A DNA stretch of 64,000 nucleotides from Polyangiales bacterium. GTDB lineage: Bacteria > Myxococcota_A > Polyangia > Polyangiales > JADJQN01. The position numbers and the translations under genes are program-made. The DNA is taken from the NCBI GenBank assembly GCA_964202905.1, contig CAXNJO010000005.1:256001-320000 (forward strand). Reading direction: 5' to 3'. The notes beneath the pieces are model-generated. The model made no database searches. It saw only the letters and a list, made by a program, of their open reading frames with translations, and was not told the origin of the DNA. Shown one piece after another: positions 11,101 to 21,187 of the stretch (position 1 is its first letter; the number at the start of each line of letters is the position of its first letter).

Positions 11101-13225
11101 CGGCGGCGGCTACGGCTACGGCTCGGGGAGCGGCTCCGGTCACTCGGCCGGGCGCTCGCAACGACGTCCCGCGGTGCGCGCCGCGGCCGCGGTGCTTGGC
11201 CAAGGTGGCGGGCACCGCGCGCTCTCGGCGCTGCTGCGGCGGCGCTTCCCCGCGACGCTCGCGCTGCACGGCGACGTGCCGATCGCGGCCGACGGACGCA
11301 CCCCGATCGCGCTGCCGCTCGCCGACGCGACGACGACCTACGCCGTCGAAGCGGTGCTCTGGGACGAAGCGGGCTGGACGTGGTCGGCGGCGACGGAGCT
11401 GCGCGTCGATCGCGACGTGGTCGTCGATGCGCCGGTGCCGTCCTTCGCCGTCGTCGGCGATCGGCTCCGCGTGCCGGTGCGCGTCGGCAACCGCACCGAC
11501 GCGCCGCTCCGCGCGCGCGTGACGCTGAGCGACGCGGGCCGCTCGGAGAGCGCGGCGGTCACGGTGCCCGCGGGTGACACCCAAGCGTCGCCGCTGACGC
11601 TCGCGCTCGATCGGCCCGGGACGCGCGAGGTGACGGTGCGGCTCGCCCGCGAAGACGGGGCGATCGTCGACGCGGTCGCGCATCCGCTCACCGTCCTCGC
11701 CGACGCGCGGCCCGTGCACACGACTCACGAGGCGATCGGCCGCGGGACGGCCACGCTCGCGTTCGTCGTGCCCGCGGGCGCGACGCGTCTCGCGACGTCG
11801 ACGGTGCGCATCGAGACGGGCGACGCGCTCTTCGCCGAGGCGCCCGACGCGCGCGTCGGCGATGCGTGGGCGCGTGCGCTCCTCGGCCGCAGGGACGACA
11901 CACGCCCCGACGACGCCGCCCTCGCGCAGCTCGCGAGCGCGTCGCGCGCGCCCGGCCCCGATCCGACGCAAGCCGCGACGCTCGCGCGGACGCTCGGCGC
12001 GCTCTGGACGGCGCCCGCCCTCGCCGACGAGGCCGCGCGCGCCGCCCTCGATGCGCTCGCGGCGCAGACCCCCGCAGAGGCCCGCGACGTGCGCGAGGCC
12101 GCGGCGCACGCGTCGACGATCGCGGAGGTGCTGCTCGGCCTCGCACCCGCGGCCCACGCGATGGAGGCGCGCCCCTCGCTCCGCGACGCCCTCACGCGCC
12201 TGCTCACCGCGCTCCGCGCGCGCGTCGAGCGAGAGGCCGCCGCGCTCTCCGACGCGCCCGAACTGCACGCGCTCGCCGCCGCGTCGCTCGCGCTCACATC
12301 GCCCGACGACGCCGCGCTCCCGCCCCGCGCGGAAGAGCTGCGACGCCGTGCGCGGCGCGCCGTGCTGCGCCTCGGCGGGGACGCGTGGATGCCCCGCGCA
12401 GAAACGGTCGACCTCACGCACGGCCCGCGCCGCGCGAGCGCGCTGCTCGCCATCGCGGAGACGCGCGACGGCGATCGTGACCTCGCCTTCGCGCTGCTGC
12501 GCGGGATGCGGAGCACCGACGCGCGCGCCGCAGATCGCCGCGACTCGCCACGACTCGGGGAAGGCGCCGACGCCGCGCTCGCGACCGTCGCTGCTGCGCT
12601 GCTCGCCTCGGACGGGCGTCCGGGCCGCGCGGCCCCCGTGACGGCGATCACCGCGCGCATCGACGGGCGCCCCCGACGTGTCGCGCTCCGGGACGGCGCC
12701 GCGACACTCGACGCGCCCGAGCTCGCGCTCCCTGGCCGGCACCGCGTGGACGTCGCGGCGTCACCGGGCGCCGTGGTGCGCGCGCGCGCGACGCTGCGAC
12801 ACGGCGTCCCGTGGGACAGCGCGCCGACGACGGCGAGCGGCCTCGCGCTCTCGCTCGACGACGTCCCCGCCGCGCGCGATGCACGAGGCGCGTTCACGCT
12901 GGTCGTGCGGAACCGCGCGCCGCGCGTGATCGGCGCACCCGTCGTCGATGTGCTCCTGCCGGCCGGCGCAGAGGTCGACACCGAGGCGCTCCTCGCGCTG
13001 CTGCCCTGCGTCGCGGACGCGCCCGAGCTCGAAGGGCGCACGCTCACGCTGCGACTGCGGCCGCTGCGACCGGGCGGCGAGGTGCGCGTGCCGCTCACGC
13101 TGCGCTTCACCGTCGCGGGGACGCTGCACGGGCTCGGCGTGGTCGCGCGCGCGCTCGATGCGCCGGGCCGCGTCTCCGTGTTGCCGCCACGCACGCTCAC
13201 CCTCGCCGACGGAGACGCACGATGA
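8195..13225 (+). CDS. Alpha-2-macroglobulin-like large secreted protein 1 (no thioester motif)
   Basis: Signal peptide ending AHAQ. MG2-like ADRRLYEPGE, LDRAVYPVRG, and A2M-domain-like LRRRFPATL..DGRTPIALPLADATTTYAVEAV and VVVDAPVPSFAVVGDRLRVPVRVGN segments. C-terminal receptor-binding-like domain. No CxEQ. Confidence 0.75.
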   Translation: MPLPISVAPPASAGAARLALLVLLATIGVAEPPAHAQPRDAAAPTRGARTGLEVALSGPTSVVRGQVARLHGTAYEVRGLATLRPLPGAELRARYATDAADVPIGPFFRVIAGTDGRFALDVPIPAAARGASRLDVEIAHAGDTRRVESALVVLPSVALDVFADRRLYEPGESMRVWVRALDAVSRAPLAGVAVQVTPGAGLPAAAGLTTGVSGVVVATLALPASLASVSEFGVVRATRAGESPIEALFPYSVGRRVVERMLVDAAVTPDAPTPESPLTVTVRARSASGAALRGARVAVTLSEGEPATATTDAEGVARVAARAPAFLPDATGRVAVTVRVAHPAHGTRTLETSFAMAQPRTLVLGATGPAGGLVPEVPQTLWITLLDAAGRPPDATETVRVAGPAVRGGVFVATTDTHGIVAVPALLPAGAAATHEGATECGGRVATSLDVTVEGDVPRVARLCVNVAREALVGVHAESATATPGAPIPVTIARRPAAADRAVIVELRSLRADAPGVLASHVLAPRETRAVLTIPAGHLGPMLVRARPLDVPGAAEGAGGLDALLVRPARPVFAQLSLDRAVYPVRGEARLTVQTPPGGPRAWVAVLARDLAMHGGEQPFRRTFLDAAFDRALLDPDARDAEALLRVALAADVGADAPPERAAPLVDALGAPVEVEGPLRPATTRGDLRDPLAAADELTRRGVGPLMRAVEAALDEALDGDTGDDDPLEAITVGRGAARRFREDLLAARLGDEARTLGDGVAQTSMLGETDPSFTFERVARRVARRRLVRLLAALASYLEPAADDPDAPRMDAREPANRWLSRMTQCGILSASALRDPWGGHFALRRSARPALTVARAAEGWELASPGPDGVAGSADDVRDPFARAVPAGTPFAVASGEDALMAALGALAPGDATLRAIAAAYTRLTETAAEEARGDAVVAGASEYGEVGGDEGAMGLGSLGILGHGAGGGGYGYGSGSGSGHSAGRSQRRPAVRAAAAVLGQGGGHRALSALLRRRFPATLALHGDVPIAADGRTPIALPLADATTTYAVEAVLWDEAGWTWSAATELRVDRDVVVDAPVPSFAVVGDRLRVPVRVGNRTDAPLRARVTLSDAGRSESAAVTVPAGDTQASPLTLALDRPGTREVTVRLAREDGAIVDAVAHPLTVLADARPVHTTHEAIGRGTATLAFVVPAGATRLATSTVRIETGDALFAEAPDARVGDAWARALLGRRDDTRPDDAALAQLASASRAPGPDPTQAATLARTLGALWTAPALADEAARAALDALAAQTPAEARDVREAAAHASTIAEVLLGLAPAAHAMEARPSLRDALTRLLTALRARVEREAAALSDAPELHALAAASLALTSPDDAALPPRAEELRRRARRAVLRLGGDAWMPRAETVDLTHGPRRASALLAIAETRDGDRDLAFALLRGMRSTDARAADRRDSPRLGEGADAALATVAAALLASDGRPGRAAPVTAITARIDGRPRRVALRDGAATLDAPELALPGRHRVDVAASPGAVVRARATLRHGVPWDSAPTTASGLALSLDDVPAARDARGAFTLVVRNRAPRVIGAPVVDVLLPAGAEVDTEALLALLPCVADAPELEGRTLTLRLRPLRPGGEVRVPLTLRFTVAGTLHGLGVVARALDAPGRVSVLPPRTLTLADGDAR

Positions 13226-16200
13226 ACCGCCATTCAGTGTCCTCGGGGCCACGCACCGCGACGCGCGCCATGCGCCTGCGCGCCGTGGCGCTGTTCATCG
13301 CGACGTGCGCGGTGTCGACCGCCTTCACGACGCGCGACGCAGGCGCGCAGCAGGCCACGCGGCGCGTGGTGCAGGACGGCGAGGTGAGCGGCCTCGAGCT
13401 CGCGCTCGAGGGGACGCGCGCGCCCGTGCGGGGCGGACGCATGCGGTACCTGCTCACCGTCTACGAGGTCGTCGGGCAGCGCGCGCTGCGACCTGCGCCG
13501 GGGGCGTCGATCCGCGTCGCCGCGTCGTTCCAGCGCGATCGCCCGCTCGCGGAGTTGGTGACCGACGCGCTCGGCCGCGCCGAGGTCACGCTCGACGTGC
13601 CGCCCGATCGCGCGGACACACCCTCCGATCACCACCTCGTCTTCGACGTGCGCTCGCCGCGGCGCGTGCGCCGTCGCTTCGAGCTCGACGTGCGCGCCGT
13701 GCCGTCGCTCGCGCTCGAGTGGGTCGCCGAGCGCACCACCGTCGCGCCGGGTGCGCCGCTGCGTCTGCTCGGCCGGCTGCTGTCGCGCACGAGCGGGCTC
13801 CCCGTCGCGGACGCCGAGGTGCGCGTCGCGGTCCTCGGGCCGCACGGCGAGCCCGGCGCGCCGCGCGCGCTGCGCACCGACGCGACGGGCGCGTTCGCGG
13901 CGACCTTCACCGCGCCGCGCACGCCGCAGACGCTCCGTGTGCGCGCGACCCACGGAGGCGCATCCCCCGGCAGCGCGACGACGTCGGAGCTCGCCGTCGA
14001 GGTGCGCCGCACCGAGGCGCCCGCGCTCGTGGTGCGCGCCGCGTCCGTGCGCGCGATCGTCGAGGGCCCGGGGGCGATCGACGTCGATGTGTTCGTGCGC
14101 ACGCCGGAGGGGCGCCCCGTCGCGGATGCGCGGCTCACGCTGGGCGCGCCGCCCCGCCTCGCGCCGGGCGAGGCCGCGCCGCCGGCGACGCGCACCGATC
14201 GCGAGGGCCACGCGCGTCTGTCCTGGCGGCTGCGCGCCGCGGACATCCCCGCGGGCGAGGTCGTCGACGTCGAGGCCCCGATCACGGCGCTGCGCGTCGG
14301 CGCGTCCGCGTCCGAGGGGCGCGTCCGGGTGCGCGTCGCGCGGCGACCGCACGTCGTGCGGACGAGCGTCGAGGGCGGCGCGCTCGTGCCGGGCGTGCCC
14401 GGGCGTGTCTTCGTGCGCGTCGTCCGCGCCGACGGTGCGCCCGCCGCGGGGGTGGCGGTGACGCTCGCGGGCGCGCGGCTCGGCGGCACGCAGCGCGCGC
14501 AGACGGATGCAGCGGGCTTCGCGGCGATCGCGACGACGCCCGCGCCGGAAGCGCGCGACGCGGTCCCCGATGCGTGCGGCGGCGCGACGGCCCTCGCCGC
14601 GACGCTCACCGTCGCGGGCGCGCGCACGACCACCGACGCGATCTGCCTCCCCGTCGATCCGGACGGCACGCTGCGCGTACACCCGCTGCGCCCGCAGCTG
14701 CGCGCGGGCGAGGCGCTCGACGTCGCGATCACCCGCGCGCGCGCCGTCGCGCGTGCGCCCGTCGTCGTCACGCTGCTCGCCGCGACGATGGACGGCGACG
14801 GCGACACGCTCACGCCGATCACCGCGCGCATCCTGCCCGCGGGCACCGAGCGCGTGGTCCTGCCGACGCCCGCGGAGCACGCCGGCGCGCTCGTCGTGCG
14901 CGCCCGCCCGCTCGTCGACGACGCGGGCGGCGGCGGTCTGACCGAGGTCCGCGGCGGCAGCGCGACGGTGCTCGCGACGCGCGGCGCACCGCTCACGACG
15001 GCGCTCACCGACGACGCGGACGGCGCGCACCGCCTCCGCGCGTCGGGCGTCCATCCCCGCAGCGTCGCCGCGTTCGCGCTCGACGCCCCGGGCGCCGCCA
15101 CGCTCGCCGCGCGCCTCCACGCGCTCGATGGACCCTTCGCCGCCGCGCTCGCGGAGACCCCGGCCTCCACGCTGCGCCTCGAGGCCGTGCTCGCCGCGCG
15201 CACCGCGCTCGATCTCGCCGCGCCCGCCGTGCTGCGCGACGGTGCCGTGCTTCCGCTCCCGGCACCGCACGATCCCGCGCGCCTCGGCGTGCTGCGCGAT
15301 CCACTGCGCGCCCGCGCACGCTTCGTCGAGGGCCGCCTCGCGCTCGTGCTGCGCACGCTCGAGGAGCGCATCGCGGAGCGCGAGCCGGATGCGCTCGACG
15401 AGGTCGCCGTGCAGACGCCGCGGGGCTGGGCCTTCAACCGCGAGCTGCTCGACGCGCTCACCGGAGACCCGGCGTTCGGCCCCGAGGGGGCGCGCGGCCT
15501 CGACGGACTCCCGCTCACGATGGACGCGCTCACGGCGCTCGACCCGGCCCTCACCTGGGATCGCATGGCGCGGCGCATCACGCGAAAACGCTTGTTTTCT
15601 TTGCTAATCGCGCTGCGCGCGCTCGTGCGTGAGCGCGATCTCGACCTCGCGTGGGCGTGGCGCGGCGAGCCGGGCGGCCTGCTCCCGCGGCTGCTCACGC
15701 TCACCGACGACGAGACAGGCGAGCCGCGCCTCACGCGCGCGGGGCTCTTCGACGCCTGGGGGCGTCCCTTCGTGCTCCGCCCCGCCCCCGGCGGTCGCGC
15801 ACGCTTCGCGCTGCTCGCGCCGCTCACCGGGTTCGAGGTGCTGAGCGCGGGGCCCGACGGCCGGCCCGGCAACGCGGACGATGTCTGGGATCCCCTCGCG
15901 CGCATGCTGCCCGCGGGCGGCGCGTGGGCCGCCGCCGTCGACGAGGACGGCTTCCTCGCGCAGGCCCGCGGCGTCGCGCTCGGCCGTGCGACGCTCGACG
16001 CGCTCGCGCGCACGGTCGACGCGGAGGCCGCGCTCGACGGCGACGTCCTGACGAACGCCCCCTCCGCGGGGGCGCAGCGCGGAGCGGTGCCGGCGCCGCT
16101 CCCGGTCGACGATCCGCGCGCCCTCGCACCCGAGTCACTCCCCGCGGGAAGCGCCATGCCCCCACGCGCCCTCCACGGCGACGCCCTGCGACTCGCGCTG

Positions 16201-18232
16201 CGCATCCCCGACGCGACCCGCCCGCTCGCCGTCGTCGCGCAGACGCTCGCCGACGATGGCGCGCGCGCCGTCGTGCTGCGCACGCTGCCGATGCGCCCCG
16301 CGCTGCGCATCGACGCGGCCCTCCCGACGCGGCTGCGCGCGGGCGAGACGCTCACCGTCCCGCTCCACGTCACGGCGACCAGCGACGCCGTGCGCGCCGC
16401 GCGCGTGACGCTGGAGGCCGACGCCCCCCTCGACGCGCACCTCGCCGGCCGGCCGGACGAGGCCGCGAATGCGCCCCTCGCGCTCACCGGCGCGGGCCGC
16501 GCGGAGACGCGCGCGCTCGTGCTCACCGTGCCCGCGGACGCGACGACGGGCACCGTCACGCTGCGCGTGCAGGCCTCGTCCGACGACGCGCCGACGCGCA
16601 CGCTCACGCACACCTTCACGCTCGACGACGGTCGCCCGCTGCGCCGCGCCACGCACGGCGCGCTGCTCGACGAGGCGCGCACGCTCACGGCCGAGATCCC
16701 CGCCGATGCCCGCGTCCTCGAGGCCGCGCTCGTGCTCACCGCACCCGACGCGCTGACGCGCGATCCCGACGCGCGCACGCTCGCGCGAGGTGACCCTGCG
16801 CTGCTCGCGTGGGCCGACGCCGTCGCGGGCCGCACCCCCGACGCGGCCGTCGTCGCGCTGCTCCGCGCCGCGCACGGCCCCACGGACGACACCGCCGACA
16901 ACGACCCCGAGGCGACCCTGCGCGCCGCCTGCGCGCTCGTCGCAACGAGCGCCACCGCGCCCGCCGATCCCGACGCCGCGCGTCACCTCGAACGCCTCAC
17001 CCGCGCCGTTGCCCAGGCGCTCGACACGACGTCGCCGCTCTCCCCCGCCGTCGCGCGCCGCATCGCCCGCGCGAACCGCGACACGAGCGGCCTCCCCGAC
17101 GCACAGACGCACCGCGACGCCGAGCGCACCCTCGCGCTGCACGCCGCGGTCGCGGGTGCCCTCGCCGTCGGCGTGCCCTCCTCGTCCGCCGACGCGCTCC
17201 CGTCGCTCGGCAGCCCCACGCCGCTCGCGCGCGGCCTGCAAACGCTGCGCGACTCGCTCCGCGCACGCTTCGCGACGCACCGCAGCGCGCCGGGCGCCGT
17301 CGCCCGCATCGCCGCCGCGCTGCTCCTCGACCGCACCGACGACCCCGAGGCCCGCGCGATGGCGGCCCTCGCCGCGCAGGCCCTGGTCGATGCCGACGGA
17401 CTGCGCTACCTCCCGCGCACCGACGGCGTCGGCACGCCACCGCGCGAAGACCTCGGCGGCACCTTCGCGCTCGCCGCGGCCGCCCGACAAATCGGCGACA
17501 CCGCGCTCCTCGCGCGCCTCCGACCGACGCTCGCGCAGCGCGTCGATCGCGCGCTCGCGACGGGCGGCGAGACGGCCTTCTGGGCGCTCGCCGCCGGCGC
17601 GTACGGCGCACTCGGTCCTAGCGCAGCCCTCGATCCAGCCATCATCACCCTCTCAGAAGATGGTCATACGGAGACCGCCCCGACGACCGACACGTCGCGC
17701 CGCATCCTGCTCGCACCGGCCGCACCCGGCCAGACACAGCGCGTCACGCTCACGCCGTCCGTCGGCGCGGCGCCCCGCCTCGCGCGCCTCGTGGTCACCT
17801 ACACGCGCGCGCCCGCCGCACGCGGCGACGCACCGCTCGCCTTGTCGCTCCAAGGCGATGCCAGGGCAGCTCGGTGGTCGCAGCGCCCTCGAACTCGTCG
17901 TCGAGAACACCGGCCCGGTGACGCTCGACGAGGCGGTGCTCGACGTCGCCCTCCCCGCCGGCGGCACGGCCGACGAGGACACGGAGGCCGCACTCACCGC
18001 CACCCCGGGCGTCGCCGCGGTGCGCGCCCCCGATCGCCGCGGCGTCCTCCGCATCCGCCTCGCGCCCCTACGCGGCGGCGAGCGGCGCACGCTGCCGCTC
18101 ACGCTGCGCTGGCTCGCGCACGGCGCGTTCAGCGGCCTCGCCGTCGTCGCGTGGGACGGCGCGCGCCCCGAGCGACTCACCGTCCTGCCGCCGCGCACGC
18201 TCCGCATCGCCGCGGGCGACGACGCGCCCTGA
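13222..18232 (+). CDS. Alpha-2-macroglobulin-like large secreted protein 2 (paralog; +1 frameshift near 17863)
   Basis: ATGA overlap with protein 1 and signal peptide ending AGAQ. Shares collinear blocks with protein 1 (GLELALEG, YEV.G...LRP.PGA, GGxLVP, CGG..A, LRDP, D[PA]WG..GPDG..G.ADDV.DP). The homologous C-terminus (LELVVEN..VLDVALPAG..LPLTLRW..VLPPRTL) is in the next frame and ends at TGA 18232. Confidence 0.7.
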
Positions 18233-18275
18233 GCCGCGACGCCCCCAGGCGGCGCTGCTACGACAGCCCACCGCC

Positions 18276-18887
18276 ATGAAGCTCTACGTCACGCCGACCT
18301 CCCCCTACGTCCGCAAGGTGCTCGTCACCGCCCGCGAGCTCGGCCTCGCCGACGCGATCGAGACGGTGTTCCTGCGCCCCTCGCCGATTCAGGCGGACCC
18401 CCTCCTCTCGCGCGACAACCCGCTCTCCAAGATCCCCGCGCTCGTGCGCGACGACGGCCGCGCGCTCTACGACTCACCGGTCATCTGCGAGTACCTCGAC
18501 GCGCTCGCCGGCGGCGGGCGCGTGTTGCCCGCATCCGGCGATGCGCGCTGGGAGGTGCTGCGCACACAGGCCCTCGCCGACGGCATCCTCGACGCCGCCG
18601 TGCTCGTCTTCTACGAGCGCACGCAGCGCCCCGCCGCCTTGCAGTGGGAGGCGTGGATCGAGGGCCAGTCGCAGAAGGCGCATCAGGGCCTCGACGCCCT
18701 CGACGCGCAGGCCGAATCGTTCGCGGAGACGCCCGACATCGGCCAGATCGCCGCCGCCTGCACGATCGGCTGGCTCGAGTTCCGCGCCCCGCTCGGTGAG
18801 CTCCGCGCGACCCGCCCGCGCCTCTTCGCCTGGTACGACCGCTTCGCCGCCCGCCCCGCGATGCAGGCGACGGTGCCGCACGTGTGA
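18276..18887 (+). CDS. Glutathione S-transferase family protein
   Basis: SPYVRKV, NPLSKIPAL and DSPVICEYLD motifs. Confidence 0.95.
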   Translation: MKLYVTPTSPYVRKVLVTARELGLADAIETVFLRPSPIQADPLLSRDNPLSKIPALVRDDGRALYDSPVICEYLDALAGGGRVLPASGDARWEVLRTQALADGILDAAVLVFYERTQRPAALQWEAWIEGQSQKAHQGLDALDAQAESFAETPDIGQIAAACTIGWLEFRAPLGELRATRPRLFAWYDRFAARPAMQATVPHV

Positions 18888-18889
18888 AG
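18851..18889 (+). repeat. 39-bp direct repeat, copy 1 (3' end of GST gene)
   Basis: ccgccccgcgatgcaggcgacggtgccgcacgtgtgaag; 37/39 identical to 20133-20171. Confidence 0.9.
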
Positions 18890-18931
18890 CCTTGAATCGT
18901 CACCATTCGCCGCAAATCGCGGCACCGTGAT

Positions 18932-18982
18932 TCTTGCCTAAGGGCAAAAAAACACGCGCGCAATCTTGCCTGCAGGCAAAAA
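18932..18982. promoter_or_regulatory. Tandem palindromic operator-like sites TTGCC-N4-GGCAA
   Basis: tcTTGCCtaagGGCAAaaa (core 18934-18947) and tcTTGCCtgcaGGCAAaaa (core 18966-18979), 32 bp apart, in an AT-rich leader of the ATPase gene. Confidence 0.6.
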
Positions 18983-19000
18983 CGCTCGCACCGTGACGAC

Positions 19001-20110
19001 ATGGAGCGATACCTGCAGCCGGCCGTGCGGGAAGACCTGCAGCGCAAGATGGTGTTCCTCGGCGGCGCGCGGCAGGTCGGCAAGACGACGCTCGCGCGCA
19101 GCCTCCTTGACGGTGGCCCGGGATATCTCACCTGGGACGCCGCCGACGACCGGGCCCTGATTCTCGCGCGGGAGTTGCCCGTCTCCGATCTGTGGGTGTT
19201 CGACGAACTGCACAAATACCGCTCGTGGCGCGGCTATCTCAAGGGCCTCTACGACCGCCGCGCGGAAGGACAGCGCATCCTCGTCACCGGGAGTGCGCGG
19301 CTCGACCTGTATCGGCATGGTGGGGATTCGCTGCAGGGCCGCTATCACTACCTGCGGCTCCATCCCCTCTCCGCCGCCGAGCTCTCAGCCCGCTCCTCGG
19401 AACCACTCGAGACGCTGCTCGCCCTCGGCCCCTTCCCCGAGCCCTTCCTGTCCGGCTCGGCGCGGCTCGCGCGGCGCTGGTCCCGCGAATACCGCACCCG
19501 CCTCGTCCGCGAGGACGTGCGCGACCTCGAGCGCATCGTCGAGCTCGACAAGCTCGAGCTGCTCGCGGCGCGGCTCCCCGAGCTCGTGGGCTCACCGCTG
19601 TCGGTGAACGCGCTCCGCGAGGATCTCGAGGTCGCCTTCAAGAGCGTCGAGCGCTGGATCTCCGTGCTCGAGCGCCTCTACGCGGTCTTCCGCATCGCGC
19701 CGTTCGGCACACCGAAGCTGCGGGCCGTGAAGAAGGCGCGCAAGCACTACCACTTCGACTACGCGCAGGTGCCGGACGAGGCCGCCCGCTTCGAGAATCT
19801 CGTGGCTTCGCACCTCCTGAAATGGATTCATCGCGAGGAGGATCTCGAAGGCCGTGACCTCGAGCTCCGCTATTTCCGCGACGTCGACGGCCGTGAAGTG
19901 GATTTCGTCGTGCTCGAGCGGCGCACGCCGATCCTCTTCGTCGAATGCAAGCTCACGAGCGCGCCCCTCGATCCCGGCCTGCGCTATCTCGTGGAGCGAT
20001 TCCCGCGCGTGCCCGCCTGGCAGGTCGCGCTGCGCGGCGACCGCGACGCGAAGACCCCCGAGGGCGTGCGCCTCGCCCCCGCGTGGAAGCTGCTGGCGAC
20101 GCTGGCCTGA
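19001..20110 (+). CDS. AAA_14-type ATPase with C-terminal DUF4143 / PD-(D/E)xK-like domain
   Basis: GARQVGKTT Walker A, FDELHK Walker B, VTGSA, GDSLQGR, FENLV, and YFRDVDGREVDFV...VECK. Confidence 0.9.
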   Translation: MERYLQPAVREDLQRKMVFLGGARQVGKTTLARSLLDGGPGYLTWDAADDRALILARELPVSDLWVFDELHKYRSWRGYLKGLYDRRAEGQRILVTGSARLDLYRHGGDSLQGRYHYLRLHPLSAAELSARSSEPLETLLALGPFPEPFLSGSARLARRWSREYRTRLVREDVRDLERIVELDKLELLAARLPELVGSPLSVNALREDLEVAFKSVERWISVLERLYAVFRIAPFGTPKLRAVKKARKHYHFDYAQVPDEAARFENLVASHLLKWIHREEDLEGRDLELRYFRDVDGREVDFVVLERRTPILFVECKLTSAPLDPGLRYLVERFPRVPAWQVALRGDRDAKTPEGVRLAPAWKLLATLA

Positions 20111-20132
20111 CGCGCGCCGGCGCGGATGAGAG

Positions 20133-20171
20133 CCGCCCCGCGATGCAGGCGACGGTGCCGAACGAGTGAAG
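20133..20171 (+). repeat. 39-bp direct repeat, copy 2
   Basis: ccgccccgcgatgcaggcgacggtgccgaacgagtgaag, a non-coding duplicate of the GST 3' end. Confidence 0.9.
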
Positions 20172-20209
20172 ACCCGGGGCGCGTTGCGACACACCCCTTC
20201 GCAACGCGC

Positions 20210-21187
20210 CTACAACAACACCACACACCGATCGCGCGGGCCGAGCCAGCTCAGCACGTTGACCCAGAGCTGCGTGATCTGCGGCATCGAGGACCACTGC
20301 GAGTCGAACTGAATCCACTCGTCTCCCCAGACGAAGGCGCGCCCCTCGCCGAGCTCCACCGCCACGCCCGCGGCGCCGTCCGCGAGCCGCGCGACCGTCG
20401 TGCGCGTGCCCGGCGTGCCCATGATCTCGCCGACGCGGTAGCCGCCTGCGAACGTCACTGAACTCAAGCCCTCCGTGAGTGGATGGGAGTCGAACATCGT
20501 CACGGGGCCATTGCGCAAATCCGAAAGATATTCGACGCCGAGCCCGACGAAGAGGCCATTGGGGCGCGTGCGGTCGGCGCCGCTCCCGTCGTATCCCGTC
20601 ATCGCCATCACCCCGCCGCCTGCCGCGACGAAGTCGCGCAGCAACGCGGCCTCCTCCGCCGAATAGTCCCGCACGAGCCGGTCGAGAATCACGACGTCGA
20701 ACGCCGCGAGCTGCCCGGCGGTGAGCGGCGTGCCGTCGAGCCCGAAGCGCGTCACCGACGTGCCGCGCGCCTCGAGCCACGCCTGGAAGCTCGACGAGGC
20801 GAGCGAGCCGGGATTGCCCATCACGCCGATCTGCAAACAATCGCAGAGCCCGTCGCCCGCGACGTCGATGTCGTCGATGGCCCCGTTGCAGTCGTCGTCG
20901 AGGCCGTTGCACATCCGCTCGGGCGTCTCGGTGGCCACGCACATCGGGCCCTGGTCGGGCGCGCCGAAGTCGACGGTGGGTCCGGCATCCGGCGGCTCGC
21001 GGCCCGCGTCGAACCCGGCATCGATCCGCGGCACGCACGCGCCATCGACGCACATCGATCCGCGCGCGCAGTCCGCCGACGACACGCACGCGCCGGGCGT
21101 CCGCGCGTCGTCGTCGTCCCCGCACGCCGCGAGAAGCGAGACTGTGAGCGAGAGCGAGAGCGAGAGAAGGATTGGCGTCGTGCGCAT
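20210..21187 (-). CDS. Secreted lipoprotein with Cys-rich motif, one CNGLDDDC repeat and a C-terminal alpha/beta (DUF4350/GATase1-like) domain
   Basis: Lipobox LLAAC; CVSSADC..CVDGAC; MCNGLDDDCNG; AFDVVIL..LRDFVAAGGGVMA..GEGRAFVWGDEW. Confidence 0.75.
   Translation of the reverse strand: MRTTPILLSLSLSLTVSLLAACGDDDDARTPGACVSSADCARGSMCVDGACVPRIDAGFDAGREPPDAGPTVDFGAPDQGPMCVATETPERMCNGLDDDCNGAIDDIDVAGDGLCDCLQIGVMGNPGSLASSSFQAWLEARGTSVTRFGLDGTPLTAGQLAAFDVVILDRLVRDYSAEEAALLRDFVAAGGGVMAMTGYDGSGADRTRPNGLFVGLGVEYLSDLRNGPVTMFDSHPLTEGLSSVTFAGGYRVGEIMGTPGTRTTVARLADGAAGVAVELGEGRAFVWGDEWIQFDSQWSSMPQITQLWVNVLSWLGPRDRCVVLL

Noticed and set aside
18890..20132. Insertion sequence
   Set aside because: No transposase motif or terminal inverted repeats; the ATPase is AAA_14-type, not IstB.
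21146..21166. (GAGAGC)n microsatellite as a phase-variation tract
   Set aside because: Only about three units of 6 bp, frame-preserving, encoding LSLSLS in a signal peptide.
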